From positions 25,468,795 through 25,532,794 of the forward strand of contig NC_092670.1 of NCBI RefSeq assembly GCF_964355755.1: a stretch of 64,000 nucleotides of DNA. The letters are read 5' to 3'. The notes beneath the pieces were generated by a model. That model was not told the origin of the DNA and did not search any database. It worked only from the letters and a program-made list of their open reading frames with translations. Shown here piece by piece: positions 53,664 to 64,000 of this stretch (position 1 is the stretch's first letter; the number at the start of each line of letters is the position of its first letter). The position numbers were made by a program, and so were the translations under genes. This DNA is from Antedon mediterranea (lineage: Eukaryota > Animalia > Echinodermata).

Positions 53664-54113
53664 TGTCATATTATTGATGTTGTGATTCTCTGTGTTTAGA
53701 GAAGGATGCTTTAGACCAGGTCCGCCTTAATTAGCCAATCAAAATCGCATAAATTTTGGAGGGAAAATGTTATCCTCCTCTGAAGCCTAAAATTTGCATA
53801 TCCAGTATAAAAGTAGAATGTAATAGATATTAGAGGAGAAGAGAGAATAAGATCAGAGTAGATAAACGGAAAGATGATAAAGAGAATATTAAGGCTTGAC
53901 TGGTAGTGGTAGAAAGATGTATTAATCGAATTACAAGGAATAAAAGTTCTAGTTGAGTTAAATATACTTTTTGTATGAGTTATCATTCAGTGACAGCTGT
54001 GTACGTCGCGTGGAAATATATACGCCTGAGAAAGCTTGGAACGACAGCTGTGTACGTCGAGTGGATATACGCCTGAGAAAGCTCGGAACCAACTAAAAGA
54101 TAAATTCACTACA
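53664..54113 (+). repeat. 3' LTR
   Basis: No difference from 33125-33574 found by eye; the spurious 91-aa antisense ORF is identical in both. Confidence 0.95.
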
Positions 54114-55479
54114 GCATCTTACAGTACTTCAATCCTGTATTACTTTTTTATCAGTTTGTATATATACTTTTGTTTTTATTTTTTGTTTTTCTCTTGTAAA
54201 TACTTTTGTTAATTGAATTTTTCATTCTTTTGTACTTTTATTTTAACTTTTACTTTATTATGGACGCACCTTTTTATTCAAGAAGTGTGCCACTGTTTCA
54301 AAAGTGTAGGCTTTCCAAGTAAATTATTATTATTTAATGTTAAATAGGATGCTATGGTTGGTCGGTTTGGTTAAAACAGAGAACTCTCAAATGCGATGCT
54401 AAATTAATTCATCTTTTGTACTTAAAGTGCTCAACCATTTTAATGGTAATAATTGCTAAGTTCTTGTCTTTAATGATAATCAATTTTAACAGCTTGTTCT
54501 GAAATATGAAACAACAGCCAATACAAAATTACAATTAAAGATATAACTAAAAATAAAATCAACTAAGGTCCTGTTTATTAATAATGAATAGGGCTCTCAA
54601 TAAATATAATTTATGCATCTGCAAAATTTAAACAAATTTTATAAAGGATTGTATGCATACAATAATGCCACTGTATATAAGTATACTGAAAGTTTTATAT
54701 TCACAACTACTCTTTCTAAAAGGGAAACTTGTGGAAACTAAAATTACTATTTCAATACTTTTCAGATTTTTATTTTGCGTCGAAATGAAAATAATAAGCC
54801 TCTATTAAATTTATAACGTTCTGACTTAGAAACCAATATCATTTTCATCAAAAATATCGATAATATGAAGTAACAATTGTGTACTTTCTTCAAACGAATT
54901 TGGCATCGTATAATTATCCACATCATTCAGCAATGTCCAGCAGCAAAGACCGGAGAGCATCCATACTTTGGAGGTTCATCGCAGTAGTTACGGTTTACCT
55001 CCTAAATATCATCATCAGAAAATCGCAATGGAAATTTATAATCTCTTGTTCCATATATTTCGGGTAAAAAATACAGGACGTCTGGTTTCCCACATGGGAC
55101 TTCCAGATTAGTTTGATTGCGAATTCGATGTTGATTCCACATTTCGGCTGTGCGAGAAACATCCCTCTGGATTAAGTCGTTAAAACAGAATCTAATACAT
55201 TCAATGTGAAGTTCATTAGATGTATCTACCAGTCCCCTGTCTCGAAGATCTTTCAAGTGATTAATCCAAAAGCGAGTACAAAGACGCTGTAAGTAAGACC
55301 AAAAGGCCTCGATACGCTGATTTGCCACGGATCTGCCATACAAGAAACTTTTGGCACCACTCATTGAATCGCGATCATTTGATCTTAACGCTACCTGAAT
55401 GAGTCTAATCAAAGAGTTCTCGGTTCCTCTGTCAGCACGGATAACTCTAGGTACTCCGTGTATTTTCTGCACATATTCT

Positions 55480-56826
55480 TCTTTTTTTTTCTCTTTCGTG
55501 GGGGTCACCCACATTTATTCATTCCTTTTACAAATATATATTACATAACATCGTCATTTTTATAAAATAAAGAACAATAAAATGCAATATAACAGCTAAA
55601 AAGGCACTATATCTATACATGTACATAAAATCGATGGAGTAAAAGTATGCTTTAACAAGGCCAACAGCCATTAAGTCGCGTGCTACAATGCATAGTGATA
55701 CCGGACCGACAGACAAACAGACAGACGGACCGACCGACATAGTGAACTATACTGACCGAAATTACTGAACATGTTTAAAAATGTTGAAATGTTTAAAAAC
55801 ATTTATATTTTTTTAATTTACACGTGCGTAGCCTGTCACTTTTGTAATTTCGAGTTGAAAAGTAAGTCAAGAAAACAGAAATCGGGTAAAAAGAGTGCGC
55901 AATAACATTTAACGCGCAGTGCGTGCGCAAAAATCTGCGCACTCATGGCAATTTTGTAAACGCTTAAAATTGCCTGAAACGTACTCTTATTTCATCGAAA
56001 ATAAATTTTGAAAATTTTAAGCACGCGTACGCATGCGTTACATGCGCTACGCACGTAATTGTATTGCCATATGATGATTTATGCCCTGAAATTTATGAGT
56101 ACCAAATTTTATTTAATTGTGATTCATGGTTGTTGTTAAGATATGATTACAAACGTGATTTCGTTAAATCGTGCGTAGACCGCGTAATTTTTTATTGCGC
56201 ACCGTGAAAACATAACCACATCGATTCCTGGCCATAAGGAATATTCTGTGAAAAATTGACTTAGCTAGATTAAACTGATATGAAGATAAGGTCATAAAGC
56301 GATAAAACGCATAGTGATACCGGACCGACAGACAGACAGACAGACCGACAGACAGACAGACCGACCGACCGACATAGTGAACTATAGAGTCGCTTCCACG
56401 CGACTAAAAACGTACATTTTATGTTTATTGCAAGTTATAGTAAAAGTACAACTATTTATAATTTAAATTTACTTTATATTAAGAAATGTATTAAAAAGTA
56501 GCTGTTTCTTTTATTATATCTTAAATCAGTACTCACAATTTGTTTCTTTATTTCTTTTGACCTTATATTACATCCGTTACAAATATATACACACATACAC
56601 ACATTAATATACCTATTTACATTTACGAATCAGTTTAATATAGTTATTATAAACACATTATATGCTACTTTTTATGTTTTGGCCTTGTATAACATTTGTT
56701 TCATTCCACTATTTCTATTCCTTTAAAGTTCTTTTCTTACTATGTTGGCCCTTTACATTTACCAGTTTGTTTACTTATATGCTTGACCGTGTGTTTCAGT
56801 CTATGTTTTACCCTAATACATTTATT
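55480..56826 (-). mobile_element. Retroposed 3' fragment between 240-bp direct repeats
   Basis: The minus strand ends AATAAA..GAAAGAGAAAAAAAAAG; flanks 55240-55479 and 56827-57066 are the same sequence. Confidence 0.6.
55654..56410. mobile_element. HINE/DINE-1-like (Helentron) non-autonomous repeat, copy 1
   Basis: Starts AACAAGGCCAACAGCC, has two (GACA/GACC)n tracts, and ends in the hairpin AGTCGC..GCGACT plus an A run. Confidence 0.7.
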
Positions 56827-58329
56827 TCTCGAAGATCTTTCAAGTGATTAATCCAAAAGCGAGTACAAAGACGCTGTAAGTAAGACCAAAAGGCCTCGAT
56901 ACGCTGATTTGCCACGGATCTGCCATACAAGAAACTTTTGGCACCACTCATTGAATCGCGATCATTTGATCTTAACGCTACCTGAATGAGTCTAATCAAA
57001 GAGTTCTCGGTTCCTCTGTCAGCACGGATAACTCTAGGTACTCCGTGTATTTTCTGCACATATTCTAAAAAGAACTGTGCTATATATCTCGGATTCTTAT
57101 TGCTGGGACAAACTTTGATCCACAATAGTCTTCTTGAGTATCCATCTATTGCAGCATGTACTGAAATTCCAAAAGGTTTTAGTTTGTCAAATCCGTCAAC
57201 ATGTATCATGTAATTGGGACCTTTATTGGAGTAAAGGCGACGTCGAAAAGCTCTGGTCCATCTTGAGTCCACTCCTTCAGGATCTAACTCTCGAAGAATT
57301 ATTCTCACAGTCTCCTGGGATACACTTAAGTGGTAACGTGTGGTTATCAAACGCCACATAAAACGGTAACCCACAGAATCCGGCAAATTATTTAGAGCAC
57401 TTTGTACGACTTCCACTACATCTTCTAACGGTGAATGTACTCGACGGCGTAGCCTTAACCTTGCCAATATACGTCGTATTTGACGTAAGCTTAAAACTAT
57501 GTCATGTCTTAAAAGCAGAAACCCGATTATTTCGACTGCAGTGTATCCAGCATAAAAGTAATGTTCTATTAACTCTTCTCTCGTAAAATCAGCGTTGTAT
57601 CGTTCCAGTAGTTCTGCTGCCGTATACAATCCCGGAGCCGACACACATGGGAATGCGATTATCAAGTACACAAAAACCTGGTATAGGAAGTAAGATTAGA
57701 ACAATTATTTTGGCATTCCAAAGATTTTATTTTTCTGCCAAGGATAGCCATTTTCAAGTACCAAATAAATAAAACATAATTATTTGATTTGAGTGAAATA
57801 TAGTCGACATTATCACACAGACAAAGCCTACCTACAACTCTGCCTACAGTTTAAATAGGGTCTACAATACATTAGTCTATCATAAAGAAAACAATTTATG
57901 ACTTATGACCTACGGTACTATACACTGAGGGTACCGTATTTTATTTTATTTTTCAAAACTGCTTTGAAATGTTTTACTATAAACATATATTATTGGTTTT
58001 ATATTATAAATAAAATACTAGGCCTAGGTCAAAATATAAATGGTAGGCCCTAATATAGGCCCAGACCAAGCTTGTTGGGCACGGGACTGGTTAATAGTGT
58101 GGCCTCAAATCAATAAGAATTCATATTCACTGCAGTGTACCCTAACTCAAGATTTAACAAAAGAGTATTGTAAATCTAAGCTTAAGTTAATAATTCTTAC
58201 CTTCTTATAAAACATATACATGACAGCACTTCAGTGTAAAACTAACCGTTGAAACCAAACGAGCGGAATTATGGACACGTCAATTTGCCAATACATGCTT
58301 TGCTTGGCGATAATGAATCTAGTCATACC

Positions 58330-58900
58330 GTTGTTTCTATATTAGCATGGCAATAATCTATCTTGTCATGTCAACATACACTCTTGTGTGAAGTCAACTT
58401 GGCAAGATAATCTATCTCATCATGTCGACATAATTTTTTTGGTAAAGTCAACTTGGCAAGATAATCTATCTCGTCATGTTGACATAAACCTATTTTGTGA
58501 ATTCAATTTGGCAAGATAATCTATCTGGTCATGCCGACATGCAATTTTGGTAACGTCAACTTGGCAAGATAATGTATCTCGTCATGACGACATATAATAG
58601 TTATTATGTCGACATAATAGCCATATTTATGTCGACTTGACAAGATATATTATCTCGACAAGTCGCCAAGTGGATGGCACTTGGACGCTTCAAGCGTCGA
58701 AGTAAAGTCAACTTGGCAAGTTAATCTATCTGGTCTAGTCGACATGTATTTATTAGGATGTCAACTTGGCAAGATAAGCTATCTCGCCATGTAGACATGT
58801 AATGGTTACTATGTCGACATAATAGTCATATTTATGTCGACTTGGCAAGATAAATTATCTCGACAAGTCGCCAAGTGAATGGCACTTTAACGCTTCCGTA
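58330..58900. mobile_element. IS3EU-like terminus with ~60-bp subterminal repeats
   Basis: Repeated GTCAACTTGGCAAGATAATCTATCTCGTCATGTCGACAT; ends CGCTTCCGTA (TACGGAAGCG inward); the terminal block is duplicated internally near 58560-58692. Confidence 0.72.
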
Positions 58901-59700
58901 AATAAGCACAGTGACATTTAGTATATTTATTATAGCAAGAAACTTGATAATAAAACATTATTGTCGTAATTTTAGTACAACAATTGTTAACGATTTGGTG
59001 AATATGGACGCGTGACATGAACTATGTACAAACAACAACATGTATATTCGGACCATCAAAAAGAAGACAGGAACATGTTCATGGACATTGATTATTAAAA
59101 GAAGATTAAAGGAAGATGTGATTGGATATTGAGGGAGAGCGTCATTTCGACGATCGAGCATTCTCTACTCTCTATTAGAGCATGACGGATTAATGAATAA
59201 ATAATATGATCAGAACTATGCTGATGCGAAAACTCTATTCAAAGGTATTTAGCGATGGGCCCCGCGACGGGCTTTAGCCGGGCTTATAGCATCCAGTATG
59301 CTAAAATCCCTGCAAAATTTGGCGATAAATCGTGACATTTTGACACGGGTGGGCGTGCCAGGGACTTAAACTACTAATTTCACCCTGTCATTTCCCACAC
59401 TTGTGCTACCAACTCTCCATATTTTTCCACACTTGTGCTACCAGGCCCTCGAAAATATACCCGTAAATGCGGCACTTCCCCGTATGGAAATCTTTAAGAG
59501 TGACCCCCCCCCCCCCCCCCCCCGGGCACATCACTCTCGTACGGAATCTTAACTAGCATTCAGTGTCCGAATGGCAGCTGGATAGAAGCTGTTGCGAAAC
59601 CTATTAGTACGAGAAGTGATGGACCGGTATGGACCGGTTCTGATAGGTCTTTAGAGATATTTACCACATAAATTCTAACTTTGTCTAGGTATACATATGG

Positions 59701-60470
59701 AACAACTATAATTGTAATGACAAAATGTTGCCCATATCCAATAATATGATCATAATTATGTGATACCGTAGTAAATAATATTATATTGGGTTTTTTTAGG
59801 TCAAGCGAAAACAATTCATTCTGTTTGTAAGCATTGTCGCTTGTTTCCTCTATGGTTTTACATACACATACAGAAATATTGACTTATCGTATCCGAAGCC
59901 TAAACAATGTAAAAGGTGGGTAGCAATTCTTTAATACAAAATAATAACAATAATAATTAAAGCCGAGTGCAATTTATTTAAAATAATCTGTGTAGTATAA
60001 AGTTTAAACCATTATGCTAATAGGCCTATTTGTTCTATATGTTTAAATTTTACAGCAGTGTAGGACCTAAATCAGAATTTTAACAAATGTATAGACGAGT
60101 TTAAACTTTATATATGTCAGGTACCATGTCACGGTTTGGACTATAAACTTCACCAATCAACGAATATTGTATAGGTTTAAGACTGATGATATTGTATTAT
60201 TAGCCAACAATAAACAAACAAGGCCAACAGCCATAAGTCGCGTATAGTGATACCGGACAAAATGAGTAGGCCTACGCTATAAATAACTAAACTATAGGAA
60301 TACCGTCAGCGGTGGTTCTAAACAATGTAACTAACCACATATAACACATGAAATATAAACACTATGATTATCAAATGTTTGATGTTAAATCCAGGTGATC
60401 TGTAAATATATCTACGTTAACATGTTATTTCTGTATACTAGCTATCATTATACAAGTTTGCGTACGTAAC
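59701..60470 (+). repeat. Segmental duplicate of 21528-22298
   Basis: About 770 bp near-identical with a few small indels; similarity stops exactly where the LTR starts at 22299. Confidence 0.92.
59800..59915 (+). CDS. Type II membrane-anchor exon of the A-type sialyltransferase (copy 2)
   Basis: Same exon as 21628-21743 with TGT>TAT (C>Y) and intact splice sites. Confidence 0.68.
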
Positions 60471-60656
60471 ATTTACACAAGATGCCGGTGGATGCCAAAA
60501 TCGAAAACTACATGCATCCTCATCAACACTTATGCATAGACTAATTATTAAATATTATAACATTGATTCTAATTATGATCTAACAATGATTAACTATACT
60601 GATACTCACTCTTGGGCTCTCAATTAACAACCGGCAATTAAACTGTAGTTTAAAAA

Positions 60657-61361
60657 AAGGCCAACAGCCATTAAGTCGCATGCTACAATGCATAGTGATA
60701 CCGACCGAAACAGACCGACAGACAGACCGACAGACCGACCGACCGACCGACATAGTGAACTATACTGACCGAAATTACTAAACATGTTTAAAAATGTTGA
60801 AATGTTTAAAAACATTTATATTTTTTTAATTTACACGTGCGTAGCCTGTCACTTTTGACGTGCTATTTCGAGTTGAAAAGTAAGTCAAGAAAACAGAAAT
60901 CGGGCAAAAAGAGTGCGCAATAAAATTTAACGCGTAGTGCGCGCGCAAAAATATGCGCACTCATGGCAATTTTGTAAACGCTTAAAATTGCCTGAAACGT
61001 ACTCTTATTTCATCGAAAATAAATTTTGAAAATTTTAAGCGCGCGTACGCATGCATTACATGCGCTACGCACGTAATTGTATTGCCATATGATGATTTAT
61101 GCCCTGAAATTTATGAGTACCAAATTTTATTTAATTGTGATTCATGCTTGTGAAGATATGATTACAAACGTGATTTCGTTAAATCGTGCGTAGACCGCGT
61201 AATTTTTTATTGCGCACCGTGAAAACATAACCACATCGATTCCTGGCCATAAGGAATATACTGTGAAAAATTGACCTAGCTAGATTAAACTGATATCAAG
61301 ATAAGGTCAGAAAGCGATAAAACGCATAGTGATACCGGACCGACAGACCGACAGACAGACC

Positions 61362-61396
<35 letters not shown>

Positions 61397-61446
61397 CGAC
61401 CAACCGACCAACATAGTGAACTATAGAGTCGCGTCCACGCGACTAA
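60657..61446. mobile_element. HINE/DINE-1-like repeat, copy 2
   Basis: Near-identical to 55654-56410. Confidence 0.7.
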
Positions 61447-61495
61447 TAATATTCCGTGTCTCAGAAAGACACGTGCGTCTTATTACTGCTTCTCG

Positions 61496-62686
61496 AGGCC
61501 CATTTACACTAGGACGATAACGATCGACGATAAATAAACAAATATGCATTGCTCATACATAAAACAAAAGAAATCTAAAAAGTTTTTATTCTATGACTAT
61601 TTAGGAACCATCTATGCTTCTTTTGATGAAAATGATATGTTCAGACGTCCAATCAAATGACGTCATGATTAGTAAGAGCAATAATATCGTGACAATACAA
61701 CGATATTTTTTGTTTATTGATCATGACGTCATTTGATTGGATTTAAAAAAAATATTATTTTATCAAAGACAGAATAAATGAGTATTCTATAATTCTAGAA
61801 CGAAAAACTTTCTAAATTATTTTGTTTTATATAAGAACAAGGCCAACAGCCATTAAGTCGCGTGCTACAATGCATAGTGATACCGGACCGACAGACAAAC
61901 AGACCGACAGACAGACCGACAGACAGACGGACCGACCGACATAGTGAACTATACTGACCGAAATTACTGAACATGTTTAAAAATGTTGAAATGTTTAAAA
62001 ACATTTATATTTTTTTAATTTACACGTGCGTAGCCTGTCACATTTGACGTGCTCGTATAACGTAATTTCGAGTTGAAAATTAAGTCAAGAAAACAGAAAT
62101 CGGGCAAAAAGTGTGCGCAATAACATTTAACGCGCAGTGCGCGCGCAAAAATCTGCGCACTCATGGCAATTTTGTAAACGCTTAAAATTGCCTGAAACGT
62201 ACTCTTATTTCATCGAAAATAAATTTTGAAAATTTTAAGCGCGCGTACGCATGCGTTACATGCGCTACGCACGTAATTGTATTGCCATATGATGATTTAT
62301 GCCCTGAAATTTATGAGTACCAAATTTTATTTAATTGTGATTCATGGTTGTTAAGATATGATTACAAACGTGATTTCGTTAAATCGTGCGTAGACCGCGT
62401 AATTTTTTATTGCGCACCGTGAAAACATAACCACATCGATTCCTGGCCATAAGGAATATTCTGTGAAAAATTGACTTAGCTAGATTAAACTGATATCAAG
62501 ATAAGGTCATAAAGCGATAAAACGCATAGTGATACCGGACCGACAGACAGACCGACAGACAGACCGACCGACAGACAGACAGACCGACCGACCGACTTAG
62601 TGAACTATAGAGTCGCTTCTACGCGACTAAAAATGCATGCTTATCTATTTATCGTCGATCGTTATCGTCCTAGTGTAAATGGGCTT
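61496..62686. mobile_element. Harbinger-like MITE carrying nested insertions
   Basis: TIR GCCCATTTACACTAGGACGATAACGATCGACGATAAATA and its reverse complement ending near 62684. Confidence 0.7.
61836..62633. mobile_element. HINE/DINE-1-like repeat, copy 3
   Basis: Near-identical to copies 1 and 2. Confidence 0.7.
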
Positions 62687-63427
62687 TAAGAAGGTGTTTT
62701 CACACAGATCGCGAGGAAGTTTTATGATTATGAGTAGCCAAACAAGCGCGTTGCATTATGAGATATGTTTTGATAGAAAACTTTTGACTGGAAGTCAAAG
62801 TTATTTTTTGAACAAAAAAACCTCTGTATTTCAGTTAAATGATTTTTTTTTCGACTAATTTTTAATGAAAGTTAACCTATTTTGATACTTCAAAATGACC
62901 TACTTTTTTTTCGAAATCTTTTTTTTTTTATTTTTTTGGAATTAGTCAAAGGGACAATACATCTTTAAAATTGGAATAGTTTATAACAATAACACAAATG
63001 TAAATTATGCGGTAGGGTGGTTAGTCGATTAGTATGTTATGTAAATCATTTGATTTGGTTTTATATTCCATTACTCACTGTATGTATTTTTTTCTTTTGT
63101 ATTTTAATTTATGGTTTATATTATGTTATATTTTGAAGGATGCACCTTTGTGCTATAAGTGTGCCACCGATCTAAAGGTGGAAATCCAAATAAATAAATA
63201 ACAAATTGTGTTACCAGGACGTAATTAGTAATTGATATAAATTATTTTTAATAGAATACCGTCATCATTTTTTAAAAATTACGAAATTACAGAAGACAAA
63301 AAAGGACAATTACGGTAAATGAATATTATTGTAACATTATTTCACCATTGTAATAATTGATTATTGATTTATTTATCAAAATAGAGCATCAGTGATGACA
63401 GTAGGAATAATTATCATTTGATTTCAG

Positions 63428-64000
63428 AACACTTGTGAAGAAATGTTTTCCACTAGATTATGCTTTTCTGATTTACAAAGATGCAGATGTAGGATTGAAG
63501 AAGTCGAGATTTAAACAAAAATTTACTTTTCGTGAATACATCTTTAGTTTGTTAACATCGGACAGGTCAAAATCTATGATTAACAAGAGCCATTTTAATT
63601 CCATTAACTTTCAAAGAGATTGTGCCATTGTCGGAAATGGAGGTATTCTTGTTGGTAGCAAATGTGGAAAAAATATCAACAATCATGCTTTTGTGTTGCG
63701 TTCAAATCTGGCTCCGATTGTGAATTACGAAGATGACGTTGGTACTAAAACAAATATGACAGTTTTAAACGGACAAATAATGGACGAAGTTATAGATACA
63801 GTAGATCAAGGTGCGCTGGGTAAAACATTTCTAGATCGAATTCAGTATTTGAATGATTCTATTTTATGGTACAGTAAAGCTACTGAAGTACAATTTAAGA
63901 AACATCAGTTACAATTCCTCAGTAAAATGCTGAAAAACAAATATAATCTTCCAATTCGATTCGGGTACAGTTGGAGAACCTTCGATCCACTAACAAGATG
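63428..64000 (+). CDS. ST8Sia-like sialyltransferase copy A2, sialylmotif-L exon (runs to window edge; not in the ORF track)
   Basis: Open 573-nt duplicate of 3138-3710 with about 12 substitutions; same acceptor tttcag at 63427. Confidence 0.88.

Larger units (their letters stand above)
33125..54113 (+). mobile_element. Full-length Gmr1-type Ty3/Gypsy LTR retrotransposon with a 14.8-kb nested insertion in its 5' UTR
   Basis: Two 450-bp TG...CA LTRs, TSD GCATC (33120-33124, 54114-54118), PBS, PPT, gag and PR-IN-RT-RH. Confidence 0.95.
54826..58221 (-). pseudogene. IS3EU-like DDE transposase (integrase core), disrupted
   Basis: Exon 58221-58201 (MYMFYKK|gtaag) joins exon 57677 onward. Motifs GYRFMW, LDPEGV, GPNYMIHVDGFDKL, IDGYSR, RADRGTEN, RSVANQRIEAFW and WNQHRIR are present. 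It is broken by a 240-bp duplication plus insertion and a TAG at 55004. Confidence 0.78.

Noticed and set aside
58330-58900. Regularly spaced ~60-bp repeats resembling a CRISPR array
   Set aside because: The repeats are degenerate, the spacers resemble each other, there are no cas genes, the context is eukaryotic, and the block ends in a transposon terminus.
62690-62765. Possible stem-region exon of A2 (PNKRVAL, like VNKKVEML in copy B)
   Set aside because: It has an in-frame TAG and no GT donor, and the similarity is too short to support.

Overview
AT-rich, intron-containing animal genomic DNA, probably from an invertebrate deuterostome (inferred from gene and TE content). No prokaryotic genes, rRNA, tRNA or CRISPR are supported. 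The host genes form a tandem cluster of ST8Sia-like (GT29) sialyltransferases: copy A1 (+, catalytic exons 3138-4519), a convergent frameshifted copy B (-, 4622-7527), and a ~98% identical copy A2 whose catalytic exon starts at 63428. The predicted A-type N-terminal exons are at 16726-16734, with two alternative membrane-anchor exons at 21628-21743 and 59800-59915. Most of the rest is transposon DNA. The centrepiece is a Gmr1-type Gypsy element (33125-54113) with apparently identical LTRs, a GCATC target-site duplication (TSD) and a PR-IN-RT-RH pol order. Its 5' UTR holds a 14.8-kb nest of DNA transposons, including a six-exon Academ transposase, and its gag-pol is broken by a Tc1/mariner-like TACAGTA footprint. 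The Gypsy appears to sit between the two convergent genes of a decayed IS3EU-like element (DDE transposase plus a RING-finger gene). All alignments, counts and family calls were made by eye, without database searches.
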